Virus record (IMG/VR): IMGVR_UViG_3300031993_000016
Length of the DNA stretch: 64,000 nt
Reading direction: 5' to 3' (one strand)
Source of the DNA: a virus
Taxonomy: Duplodnaviria; Caudoviricetes
Shown here: piece by piece, positions 30,669 through 38,952 of the stretch
Layout of the letters: every line of letters begins with the position of its first letter
Position numbering within the stretch: the stretch's first letter is position 1
Position numbers and translations under genes: made by a program
The notes under the pieces: generated by a model
The model's database searches: none
What the model was told of the DNA's origin: nothing
The model's input: the letters and a program-made list of their open reading frames with translations, nothing else

Positions 30669-30697
30669 ATTATAGACGGATTGCACCAAAAAGTCAA
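30669..30697 (-). promoter_or_regulatory. Host sigma-A promoter
   Basis: TTGACT-17 nt-TATAAT with AT-rich upstream tract. Confidence 0.8.
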
Positions 30698-30790
30698 GTA
30701 AAATACAAAAATTCTTTTTAGAAATTTTAATATTTCCATAAAATTTTCTACTCACCCATCTATGAATACAATTATGTTAATTCGTCAAGT

Positions 30791-31063
30791 TCACGCATAA
30801 GGTGCAGCCATGTCTGTTGAAGCCTTCTCCCAAAGTCGGGTGAATATATCATACTCATCATCTTCAAATATGTCGTCTTCTACAGCATCTGCAAATGCCC
30901 AATCAAAATACTCTTTTGAATCTCTTGTAAATGTTGACCAAGCTTCTTCAGGTGCATCAATGTCAGGTGGGGCAGGTGATTCAGCTACACACTTATATAC
31001 ATACTGCTTTTGCTCATCTGTAACATTTGCAAGAGAATTAGTTGATTTGATATATCGTTTCAT
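30791..31063 (-). CDS. MKRYI-tag acidic protein (MKRYIKST)
   Basis: Tag; D/E-rich. Confidence 0.75.
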   Translation of the reverse strand: MKRYIKSTNSLANVTDEQKQYVYKCVAESPAPPDIDAPEEAWSTFTRDSKEYFDWAFADAVEDDIFEDDEYDIFTRLWEKASTDMAAPYA

Positions 31064-31081
31064 GGTATACTTTTTACCTCC

Positions 31082-31615
31082 TTATGCATTGAATTGTATG
31101 TTGAAATCGAATTCATCTAAAAATTCTTCTAATTTATCTACAACCTGACCTTCGATGTCTCTTTCAAATACATCATCAGGATCATAATAGAATCTGAATG
31201 CATCAATTTCCTGGGTCTGCCCTGGTCTAGCAGTATTGCCTTTGAAACTTCCTTTAAATATAGGAATCTCAAAGCAATCTTTGCCCCATTTAATGTCATC
31301 AACTTCATAATAAGTTGTGTCTGTGCAGAATGATTTAAGGTGCTCCCTTATTTCACGCTCTGCTATATTTAACCAAGGCATAATATCTATGTTATCTGCA
31401 GCATCAGAGCTGCTCTCTATCGTCCTATTCTGATACTTATATCTAAGATCATCCATCTGCTTTTTATATTCAGCTTTCTTCTTTTTAAGTTCAGCTTGTT
31501 GCGCTTTTGGCATGTGTTTAGAAATCCTGACAGCCTTATAATTCATATAAGCTTCATCTAGATCTTTAGGTGAATCAACAACAAAATCTTCAGCTGTTTT
31601 AATATATCGCTTCAT
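31082..31615 (-). CDS. MKRYI-tag protein (MKRYIKTA)
   Basis: Tag; internal TIESSS between basic and acidic halves. Confidence 0.75.
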   Translation of the reverse strand: MKRYIKTAEDFVVDSPKDLDEAYMNYKAVRISKHMPKAQQAELKKKKAEYKKQMDDLRYKYQNRTIESSSDAADNIDIMPWLNIAEREIREHLKSFCTDTTYYEVDDIKWGKDCFEIPIFKGSFKGNTARPGQTQEIDAFRFYYDPDDVFERDIEGQVVDKLEEFLDEFDFNIQFNA

Positions 31616-31624
31616 TATTACCTC

Positions 31625-31783
31625 CTATCCAAAGTAATCAGGTAATGCCTCTGGATTACTTTCAAAGTAATCAAGCATCGCTTCAATTACTTCTGCATCT
31701 GTTGCCAACCCACTTGGATCTAAAACATTAGAAAGATTATCAAGTCGATCTACATCTGTGTCATATATTTGTATTGATGTCAT
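31625..31783 (-). CDS. Small protein, ribbon-helix-helix-like
   Basis: GGAGG RBS; MTSIQIYDTDVDRL..AEVIEAMLDY. Confidence 0.5.
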   Translation of the reverse strand: MTSIQIYDTDVDRLDNLSNVLDPSGLATDAEVIEAMLDYFESNPEALPDYFG

Positions 31784-31809
31784 GAGATACCTCCTATTCA
31801 CTTGCATTT

Positions 31810-32553
31810 TTAATATATCTTTTCATATGCTGCTAGCACCTCATCTCTTGTCTTAAATGAATCTGCAATCTTATTTTGCTTCTTCATTATGTCAACAGTA
31901 GCTAAGATTGTGTCATCATCCTCTAAGATGTTATCTAGTGTTGCATTGAAGAAAAATGCTTTGTAGCCATCGGAATCTTCTCTTAATATGTTAAATCTGG
32001 AGTTAGGTTTCCAATCATAGCTCAATATTACGTCATCAATTATAACTTCGTTCCAATCAAAATTGTCCTCGCTCTGTATACGAAATTCGACTATTCGGCC
32101 TGTAACAGATAGTTTGACAAAATTATCTTTTAACCAAGTATAATACTCATCATTTAAACGATAAAAATCTACTCTATCATCATCTGACAATCTGCCGTAG
32201 AACTCTTTCATATGACTTGTAAATATACTATGTGCAGATGATGAATACTTTAATTCTGCCCAACTCATAAATGATGTTAAATCTAACATTGAAGGTTTGA
32301 ATACATTGGTCTCGTGTAACTCAGTTTTGAGATATTTTGCTAACCAATACTGCAACACAACTAATACTTCATCTTCATCAAACTCTCGAATATCAAATAA
32401 AAATCCTGCATCAATAGGGGCAAGTAAATGAAGTCCTCTATCTAAGAAAGTAGTAGATGGTACATGCATTGTTACGTCATACAAGTTACCGCCCCTATCT
32501 ACTAGATATGACCCATTTAAATATTTAGTTGTAGATGACGTATATCTTTTCAT
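31810..32553 (-). CDS. MKRYI-tag variant protein (MKRYTSST)
   Basis: Tag variant; 247 aa. Confidence 0.7.
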   Translation of the reverse strand: MKRYTSSTTKYLNGSYLVDRGGNLYDVTMHVPSTTFLDRGLHLLAPIDAGFLFDIREFDEDEVLVVLQYWLAKYLKTELHETNVFKPSMLDLTSFMSWAELKYSSSAHSIFTSHMKEFYGRLSDDDRVDFYRLNDEYYTWLKDNFVKLSVTGRIVEFRIQSEDNFDWNEVIIDDVILSYDWKPNSRFNILREDSDGYKAFFFNATLDNILEDDDTILATVDIMKKQNKIADSFKTRDEVLAAYEKIY

Positions 32554-32570
32554 GTACTTATCCTCGTATC

Positions 32571-32750
32571 TTACAATGAGCTGATATCACAGCATCCGTT
32601 ATAATGACTGTTACCATACTGAAGAGCTTCTCCGTAAGTAGTAAAATAATGGACGTCTTCTTCATATGGGTCATCCCATGAAACTACTTTGTAGTTCTTA
32701 TAATATGGGCTAGTATCGGAATCTAAACTTGCATTGATATATCTTTTCAT
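32571..32750 (-). CDS. MKRYI-tag small protein (MKRYINAS), 59 aa, not in ORF track
   Basis: Manual translation MKRYINASLDSDTSPYYKNYK...; GGGGG RBS. Confidence 0.7.
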   Translation of the reverse strand: MKRYINASLDSDTSPYYKNYKVVSWDDPYEEDVHYFTTYGEALQYGNSHYNGCCDISSL

Positions 32751-32762
32751 AGTTAACCCCCT

Positions 32763-32918
32763 TCAGCCTATCAAATCAACTTCAACTATTTCATCCCCTA
32801 CATACCCTACACTTGGTGCAACCAAATCTGCATACTCGCCATAACCATCAAAGACTTGAACATCTATATCTTCTACACCATTTGCAACTGCCCACTCAAA
32901 TAATTCTCTAATTGTCAT
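32763..32918 (-). CDS. Small acidic protein (MTIRELFEWA), not in ORF track
   Basis: GGAGG RBS; paralog of next gene. Confidence 0.65.
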   Translation of the reverse strand: MTIRELFEWAVANGVEDIDVQVFDGYGEYADLVAPSVGYVGDEIVEVDLIG

Positions 32919-32944
32919 GTTATGAACCTCCTTATATTGATAGT

Positions 32945-33112
32945 TTATTGAATCAACTCAACTTCGTATTCGCCACCATTTTCAAAGATACTGCCAGTAG
33001 CAACGAATGGATCGGTTAATGGTGAAATATCACCATAATTATTATATATCTTGATCTCAAGATCAAGTGCGTCCTCTGTTTTAGCCCATTGGTATAATTC
33101 TCTAATTGTCAT
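32945..33112 (-). CDS. Small acidic protein (MTIRELYQWA), not in ORF track
   Basis: GGAGG RBS; paralog of previous gene. Confidence 0.65.
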   Translation of the reverse strand: MTIRELYQWAKTEDALDLEIKIYNNYGDISPLTDPFVATGSIFENGGEYEVELIQ

Positions 33113-33135
33113 GTAAAGTATCCTCCTTGTTTTTT

Positions 33136-33729
33136 TTACTGTATTTCAACATACCAGCAGTCAGGCTCATGATAATTATGAGCTTTACCTGCTTTTACAT
33201 GTACGCCTGTGTCAGATAACAGATCCCAAGCAGTCCAGCTACCTCCACGACCTGTTCCATAGTACTTACCGTCTATTGCATCTACTATGCTATCTACAAA
33301 TTCAACTACATTTTCATTATCAGAAATTGGTTCAATTATCCAAGAGTACTGTGTTGGCTCATCTATTACATTGTAATTAGCATCTAAGAAATCATTAAGT
33401 TGAAGCTTCAATACAGAAGCTTTTATTGTATAATCTTGATCTTTTTCGCGTTCAGCTTTAAGATCTTTGATTGTATCATGTATATTATCAATCAGATAAT
33501 CTATAACATCTTCTATAGAATTTTGAGAATTCATTTGCTTTTCTGCAATATCAGACCAGAAAGTATATGACTCCCACTTGATATTTAGTATATCATCTAC
33601 AGTAGCAACATCCGGATCTAATGCAGCTAACTTGCGTCTATCACGATTAAGGGCTAAGATAAGTTTGTTTAATCGTTCCAAATCGCGCTCAGCATACAAT
33701 GTAGATGTAGCTTTTATATATTTTACCAT
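33136..33729 (-). CDS. MKRYI-tag variant protein (MVKYIKAT)
   Basis: Start at 33729 after GGAGG; internal TIKAS. Confidence 0.7.
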   Translation of the reverse strand: MVKYIKATSTLYAERDLERLNKLILALNRDRRKLAALDPDVATVDDILNIKWESYTFWSDIAEKQMNSQNSIEDVIDYLIDNIHDTIKDLKAEREKDQDYTIKASVLKLQLNDFLDANYNVIDEPTQYSWIIEPISDNENVVEFVDSIVDAIDGKYYGTGRGGSWTAWDLLSDTGVHVKAGKAHNYHEPDCWYVEIQ

Positions 33730-33938
33730 TACATGTTCCTCCGAGATTCTAATATGTGTTTGCACTGATTATACTTCTGACTATCTACATATTTTAGATC
33801 TTGTGTTATATAACGATGCACAGTAGTTTTGCTTATACCTATGTTTCGAGCAATTGTTCGTATACTCCAATTATACTGTATACAGTAGTTAGCACATTCT
33901 AAAATTATTTCTAATTTTTCACTACGATGTATTCGCAT
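33729..33938 (-). CDS. spoIIID: SpoIIID-like sporulation transcription regulator (HTH)
   Basis: IRTIARNIGISKTTVHRYITQDL...YNQCKHIL resembles SpoIIID VRVIAKEFGVSKSTVHKDLTERL...EVKEIL. Confidence 0.7.
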   Translation of the reverse strand: MRIHRSEKLEIILECANYCIQYNWSIRTIARNIGISKTTVHRYITQDLKYVDSQKYNQCKHILESRRNM

Positions 33939-34055
33939 ATCGAAACAAAACCTCACCGAATTATTCTATTAATATGAAAGGTTAATCAATTTGCTAAATG
34001 TCACAAATCAATTAACCTCAATACACTTAGATATATTAAGATAGATCCTAAGATC

Positions 34056-34388
34056 TTAACTAGATTTAACTGGAATCTTATATGCTTCAGCAACTGACAT
34101 CAACACGTCATATGCTGTACAATCTTCTGCAGTTGTCCAACAAGCTGAAGGGCTCATGTAAACTGCATCACATTTGCTTAATTCTTCAACCATTTTAGCA
34201 AGATAATGAATCTTAATGTTTTTAACACCGCGATCTTTCATCTTATCCTCTGACCACCAATCACCCTCAAACACATTGTAAGCAACTGCATGTCCTGCAT
34301 CTTTGAGCTGATGAATTATACTCATCCGCAATTCGTACAGTTCCTTATCCTTAAGTGAATTTAGCGGTAAAGCAATGAAGTATTTCAT
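34056..34388 (-). CDS. DUF4406-like protein
   Basis: MKYFIALP...YLAKMVEELSKCDAVYM..W...AEAYKIPV. Confidence 0.55.
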   Translation of the reverse strand: MKYFIALPLNSLKDKELYELRMSIIHQLKDAGHAVAYNVFEGDWWSEDKMKDRGVKNIKIHYLAKMVEELSKCDAVYMSPSACWTTAEDCTAYDVLMSVAEAYKIPVKSS

Positions 34389-34410
34389 AGATGATTTCCC
34401 CCCTCTCCCT

Positions 34411-34629
34411 TTAGTTTTCATCTGAAACAATAGGGCATGTATATCCACATTTGATTAAGAATACACTGCGATCTGTGCTACCATATACATTACCGCAGCT
34501 AACACCAGCCACTGATGTACTGATTGTTGTCCCTTGATTACTACAATTGTAGCACATTGATGTTATAGGTGAGTAAATATCACCACAAATAGGGCACTGC
34601 CAACCTTGTGGTACAAGTCCATTAATCAT
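34411..34629 (-). CDS. Small Zn-ribbon phage protein
   Basis: QGWQCPICGDIYSP..CYNC. Confidence 0.6.
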   Translation of the reverse strand: MINGLVPQGWQCPICGDIYSPITSMCYNCSNQGTTISTSVAGVSCGNVYGSTDRSVFLIKCGYTCPIVSDEN

Positions 34630-34632
34630 CTA

Positions 34633-34869
34633 TCATTTACCTCCTTTGCATATGTAATCATCTAAGCACAGTCGATCCAGCTTGCCCCAAGCTTCAGATA
34701 TGCGGCTCAGAAGCAATTTAGCTTGAGTCTTTGTTGCAGGTACTCGAAGCAAGATGTGCATATTGTTATTCATTATGACAACACGATTGTCATCATAATC
34801 AATGGTAGAGGCATGATCCAAATTGATAATAATATTATCTGTCTCACTATATAGTATCACTCTTCGCAC
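34633..34869 (-). CDS. Hypothetical protein
   Basis: GTG start with GAGG RBS; 78 aa. Confidence 0.5.
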   Translation of the reverse strand: MRRVILYSETDNIIINLDHASTIDYDDNRVVIMNNNMHILLRVPATKTQAKLLLSRISEAWGKLDRLCLDDYICKGGK

Positions 34870-35069
34870 CTCGCTTTCAAAATTAGAATCGCATTATTTG
34901 CCAAAATGATCTAGCATACATCGTTTAACAGCCGATATGAGTTCATCTCCATCAACTGTGTATCGCTTCTCATCAACCTCAAGTTCTACTTGTCCGTGCA
35001 TAAACGCATTATGAATCTTTATAGGCATTTGTGCAGGATTTGAATAATCAGTTATTTCTGTCGTTATCT

Positions 35070-35282
35070 TCATTCTTTACCCTCCAATTTTGTTTTAAGT
35101 ATTTGAATTGCCTCAAAGCACTTGGTCGCTGATGATGTGTCGAAACTTGACAGCCATTCGTGGATACCGTTGTTAATCCTAATGTATTTCAAGGCATAAC
35201 AATAATCTATCTGTGCTTGGTCACAATGATTTCTGCAACAACAGTTATAACAAGTAATGCACTCTATTAAATCACTCATCAT
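35070..35282 (-). CDS. Small Cys-rich protein
   Basis: CITCYNCCCRNHC; coupled to neighbours. Confidence 0.55.
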   Translation of the reverse strand: MMSDLIECITCYNCCCRNHCDQAQIDYCYALKYIRINNGIHEWLSSFDTSSATKCFEAIQILKTKLEGKE

Positions 35283-35284
35283 CC

Positions 35285-35587
35285 TCACCACCTATCTTTA
35301 ACCCAGATATCCAAAGTTGCTCTATATGCGCCAAATCTTTCGTCAAATTCTGTCTCTATAGGCATCTGCGTTATGTTGTCCGAAAAAGCCTTCACCAAGT
35401 TGTGTTTCAGTAAATCCATTTCCAAGTCTTTAGGCACAGAAGCAACCTCTTCTGCTCTAATTGACGCACACAATCGTAAATGATTTAATTCCGGTACTTC
35501 TCGTATGATTTTAATAGGCTGATGCTTTAAGAATCTTACTTCGTCCTTAAGCGCCCTGATAATATTCGTCTTGCGTTCTTTATTCAT
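35285..35587 (-). CDS. Hypothetical protein
   Basis: Start at MNKERK after GGGGTGG; coupled. Confidence 0.55.
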   Translation of the reverse strand: MNKERKTNIIRALKDEVRFLKHQPIKIIREVPELNHLRLCASIRAEEVASVPKDLEMDLLKHNLVKAFSDNITQMPIETEFDERFGAYRATLDIWVKDRW

Positions 35588-35882
35588 TGTCCACCCCTTC
35601 AATTACTGGTGCATTATTTATAATTCCGACTGCATAGCATAATCCCTTATGTATCGGCTTATTTCGTTTCCACTTAACATCGTCATTCGTCTCAAGAGAT
35701 TCTTGCAGTTCATGAATCTGCTGAACAAGCAAATCTTTATCTACTAAATTCCTTGATGGAGATTGTAAAGATTCAAGGCGTTTGATAGCACTGCCAAGAA
35801 CCTCCCAATAATACACATCTCCCCATGTTTCAGACGTGTTCCTCAATAGCATCAGTCCTGTGATAATCTCTTCATCATTCAT
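35580..35882 (-). CDS. Hypothetical phage protein
   Basis: Start MNDEEI after GAGGGAG. Confidence 0.55.
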   Translation of the reverse strand: MNDEEIITGLMLLRNTSETWGDVYYWEVLGSAIKRLESLQSPSRNLVDKDLLVQQIHELQESLETNDDVKWKRNKPIHKGLCYAVGIINNAPVIEGVDNE

Positions 35883-36081
35883 CTCCCTCACCCCCCTCCT
35901 TTGCCTCTTCCATCTTATTCTTAAGCCATTCACCAACTCGGTCATGCACAAACATAAGGTCTAAAAATAATGCTATTGTTAATATCCAAGAGCTATTATA
36001 TTTGCAGATAAAATATGGAATTATAATTATTATGACCGAGATAATTGATGTTAATACTGCAATTAATATTCTCTTTATCAT
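35875..36081 (-). CDS. Small membrane protein (two TM helices)
   Basis: MIKRILIAVLTSIISVIIIIIP...WILTIALFLDLMF. Confidence 0.6.
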   Translation of the reverse strand: MIKRILIAVLTSIISVIIIIIPYFICKYNSSWILTIALFLDLMFVHDRVGEWLKNKMEEAKEGGEGDE

Positions 36082-36398
36082 TCCGCATCCCCCTCTCTGT
36101 ATGGTGATGGTAACTCTCGCCATGCTATAACGCCAAAGTCATTCCAGTCTGTTTCGCCCTCGTCATATATCCAAAACCAACTTGTATCGACTTCATACAT
36201 ACCACCGCTATACATCGTCACAAGATACTTTCCCTCTTCACTCGGAAGTCGTTCTGAACACGGAATCCACCGCTGTGATTCAAGTGCTTGGATTGCCGAT
36301 ACTAAGAATTGCCTAGCTTCTGACATCGGTTCATCTCCTCTACTCTCCAACGCTTTATCCCAATTAATTCCATATTGTATTAGTTCTTCATTCGTCAT
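36078..36398 (-). CDS. DUF551-domain protein
   Basis: MTNEE start; WIPCSERLP...VIAWRELPSPY. Confidence 0.75.
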   Translation of the reverse strand: MTNEELIQYGINWDKALESRGDEPMSEARQFLVSAIQALESQRWIPCSERLPSEEGKYLVTMYSGGMYEVDTSWFWIYDEGETDWNDFGVIAWRELPSPYREGDAE

Positions 36399-36403
36399 CT
36401 TCG

Positions 36404-36592
36404 TCACCCTCCTTTGTATGGGCTTGGTAACGGCATCCATGCAATTATATTTCTTTTCCAATGTTCTTCATCTTGTTTCCAAAAATACCTTGGATATACA
36501 ATCCTACTTTTCCCATCAGTACATATAGCTGTAACAATCACGTTCTCAGCATGTTTTGGTAATCTATCTTTCACTGAAATCCACTCACTCAT
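36404..36592 (-). CDS. DUF551-domain protein
   Basis: MSEWISVKDRLP...IIAWMPLPSPY. Confidence 0.75.
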   Translation of the reverse strand: MSEWISVKDRLPKHAENVIVTAICTDGKSRIVYPRYFWKQDEEHWKRNIIAWMPLPSPYKGG

Positions 36593-36770
36593 TCCGCTCA
36601 CCTCCAATTAGCTTAATAAACCACTCAAATGTCTCTTGACTGTTAAAGCTTGCTATCTTAGTTTCGCAATTCCCTTCGAGAATTGAGATAGTCGGCTTCT
36701 TGCGATAAGGCTTGAATGTGGAATCTGAAAACATAATCTTGTATTTACCCATATTGATTGAACATGTCAT
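36585..36770 (-). CDS. Hypothetical protein
   Basis: ATGA overlap with upstream gene; RBS inside junction repeat. Confidence 0.55.
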   Translation of the reverse strand: MTCSINMGKYKIMFSDSTFKPYRKKPTISILEGNCETKIASFNSQETFEWFIKLIGGERNE

Positions 36771-36955
36771 TCCGCATCCTCCTCTCTGTATGGTGCGTTC
36801 CACCAGCTGCCACGAAAACTTGTAACATCATCTAAATTTGTTATGGCGATATAATCATCTTCAGCTATCATACTATTTGGAAACACCGCCTTAATAACAT
36901 CGCCATTCGTCACAGTTCCACGCTTATCAATCATTATCTGTATTGTTTTTGTCAT
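36767..36955 (-). CDS. Hypothetical phage protein
   Basis: TNGDVIKAVFP...WWNAPY. Confidence 0.6.
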   Translation of the reverse strand: MTKTIQIMIDKRGTVTNGDVIKAVFPNSMIAEDDYIAITNLDDVTSFRGSWWNAPYREEDAE

Positions 36956-37103
36956 CTTGCTCCTCCTCTCTGAATGGCTGTGGTAACTCACGCCATGCTA
37001 TAACGCCATAGCCTAAATTAGTAGTATTATTTAATATCCTAATTGCTCGGTCTTTCTCTTCTATGAACATATTCATAGGAGCTTCTGTATCTTCATTCGT
37101 CAT
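36927..37103 (-). CDS. Chimeric MTNE-start protein ending in a DUF551 C-terminal tail, not in ORF track
   Basis: Manual translation MTNEDTEAPM...GYGVIAWRELPQPFREEE (58 aa). Confidence 0.5.
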   Translation of the reverse strand: MTNEDTEAPMNMFIEEKDRAIRILNNTTNLGYGVIAWRELPQPFREEEQDDKNNTDND

Positions 37104-37118
37104 TCGCTATCATTCCCT

Positions 37119-37319
37119 TCACATAAGCATCATATTTTTGCACAATAATTCTTCGTTTTTAAAAAATTTATTCTCAGCAAATCTTCCATATGGATTAGTC
37201 CATTTCAAATAAGTAAGGATTCCGCTTTTATATACTTTAATTACGTTATAGGCTAGTTCAGCAGAGTCATCATAAATCACATCATCTTCTTTTATTCGTG
37301 ATAATTCTTCATTCGTCAT
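37119..37319 (-). CDS. Hypothetical protein (MTNEE start)
   Basis: 66-aa ORF after junction repeat. Confidence 0.55.
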   Translation of the reverse strand: MTNEELSRIKEDDVIYDDSAELAYNVIKVYKSGILTYLKWTNPYGRFAENKFFKNEELLCKNMMLM

Positions 37320-37656
37320 TCCGCATCTTCCTCGCTTTCTGCCTTATATGGTTCTAATAGTGGCATCCATGCAATAACGTCAGCACAATCCCATTCTTTC
37401 TGTTTTTTTCCCTGTACACAGCCATGTTGGTTTCTATATAAACATCTCCAGAATAACTACCTTTCCATTTAGTAGTGACAAGGTAACAATCCTGCTTTTC
37501 TGGCAACCTCTCGGTAACTGGAATCCACCGCTGTGCTTCAAGGGCTTGGATTGCTATTGTTAAAGCTTCGTGTATTGATGCCCTGTAATCTGTCAATACA
37601 AAGACATCATTATCTCGTTGGTCTTTTAATAATAAGATTGCTTCTTCATTCGTCAT
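37316..37656 (-). pseudogene. DUF551 gene frameshifted at an A7 run
   Basis: Frame 0 has WIPVTERLP; the -1 frame after 37403-37409 gives KEWDCADVIAWMPLLEPYKAESEEDAE*. Confidence 0.65.
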
Positions 37657-37669
37657 CTTCGTTATCCTC

Positions 37670-38047
37670 CTATACATCAGCATATATTGCTATTACAGGT
37701 CTCCAGTATTTTTCATATTTCTGAAGCTCAGTCTCAACAAGTTTGTTCCATTCGTCATCAGAAATATATTCAACATCAATTTTGTTTCCGAGCATATATT
37801 CCAAATCCTCTTGAAATTCATCTCTATCTGAATATACTTTCGTTTCATCTACGTCCTGTTCACAATCAAGTATTTCACCTATTTTAAATTTAAGTTCTGG
37901 AGCATACCACCAACGATAATCATCATCCGTCGCAAACTCACTTCCAACTAATACTACTATTGGATAGTCTGGATGCTCTTTTATAAGCTCCTTTAATTCA
38001 TCTGTTTGCTTTGTAAACATATTTAATGGCTTGTATTCATTCGTCAT
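37670..38047 (-). CDS. Hypothetical acidic phage protein (MTNE start)
   Basis: ELKELIKEHPDYPIVVLV...W..VIAIY. Confidence 0.65.
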   Translation of the reverse strand: MTNEYKPLNMFTKQTDELKELIKEHPDYPIVVLVGSEFATDDDYRWWYAPELKFKIGEILDCEQDVDETKVYSDRDEFQEDLEYMLGNKIDVEYISDDEWNKLVETELQKYEKYWRPVIAIYADV

Positions 38048-38052
38048 CTTCG

Positions 38053-38277
38053 TCACCCTTTCCACTTGTATGTTTTCAACCTTCTGAACAATTCTACAAA
38101 GTCACCATCTAAATCAGCTAACCGTTTAATGGCTTTATCATAATTTCTTCTTATCCAAGCAATGGATTCACAATCCCTCGGACAGAACCAATCATTTGCG
38201 TTACATAGATAGCACAGATTCTTACACATTTGGTCGGCATCATAGCCGTATTCCTCTTTCGTCTCTTCAAGAGTCAT
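38053..38277 (-). CDS. Small Cys-rich protein
   Basis: Start MTLEETK after GGGGATG; CKNLCYLC..CPRDC. Confidence 0.55.
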   Translation of the reverse strand: MTLEETKEEYGYDADQMCKNLCYLCNANDWFCPRDCESIAWIRRNYDKAIKRLADLDGDFVELFRRLKTYKWKG

Positions 38278-38443
38278 CTTCGTCATCCCCCTTATCAATA
38301 TACGCTTGTGATGCTTTACAGAGAATTTCAGGATCATTTTCAAGTTCCTTAATACACTTCCAAACATAATTAGGAATTGCATTTGCATTGTGATCCCATG
38401 CACGCAGCTTTCGAATAAGCTTTTCCGAATCTATCAATTTCAT
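38267..38443 (-). CDS. Hypothetical protein (MKLIDSE), not in ORF track
   Basis: GAGGAGG RBS; 58-aa open frame. Confidence 0.55.
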   Translation of the reverse strand: MKLIDSEKLIRKLRAWDHNANAIPNYVWKCIKELENDPEILCKASQAYIDKGDDEDDS

Positions 38444-38532
38444 TCGTCATCCTCCTCATAAGGATTGTAGTAATAATGCCAACCGTATCTCTCATAGTGT
38501 TCAAATCTACGCATGATGCACCTCCCTATAAT

Positions 38533-38838
38533 TTACCTTTCAACCTCTGAGAACTCATCAAACAGATCCTCTAATTCTGTCATGTAATATGCATCCGACA
38601 TCTGTGCATCTACATCGTCTCGCCACGCTGTAATTACATCTTGACATCTCTGCAGGAATTCCTCAAGCTGAAATATCTTATAAGTAGCTGCATCGAAATC
38701 TTCACGAGGTACTGCAGCAATCAACGGCTGATTTTCTAAGAACCACTTAGCATCACGTATGTCTTGCGTAGTATCTATAACAGGTACTAATCCGCAATCT
38801 AAATCACGTATCGCCTTATCTATATCAATTAGTCTCAT
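38533..38838 (-). CDS. Hypothetical phage protein (MRLID family)
   Basis: GGAGG RBS; MRLIDID...NQP.I.AVP. Confidence 0.6.
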   Translation of the reverse strand: MRLIDIDKAIRDLDCGLVPVIDTTQDIRDAKWFLENQPLIAAVPREDFDAATYKIFQLEEFLQRCQDVITAWRDDVDAQMSDAYYMTELEDLFDEFSEVER

Positions 38839-38909
38839 ATTAGTTACACCTCCATTTGATAATTTGATAATCATAACGAATTTCTATGTAACACATAACG
38901 ATTTTACAT

Positions 38910-38938
38910 AGAAATAGCCGATGAGTATTTCATCGGCT
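38910..38938 (-). terminator. Intrinsic terminator
   Basis: AGCCGATGA/TCATCGGCT stem followed by ATTTCT on minus strand. Confidence 0.6.
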
Positions 38939-38952
38939 GATTCTGGTAGATA

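Larger units (their letters stand above)
35875..38460 (-). repeat. Dispersed gene-junction repeats
   Basis: GGGTGACGAAGATGACGAATGAAGAA-like at about 36390, 37095, 37310, 37650, 38040, 38280, 38445; CCATACAGAGAGG(G/A)GGATGCGGAATGA-like at about 36080, 36770, 37320. Confidence 0.75.

Noticed and set aside
35875-38460. CRISPR array
   Set aside because: Repeats are degenerate, irregularly spaced by whole genes and encode stop/RBS/start signals; no cas genes.
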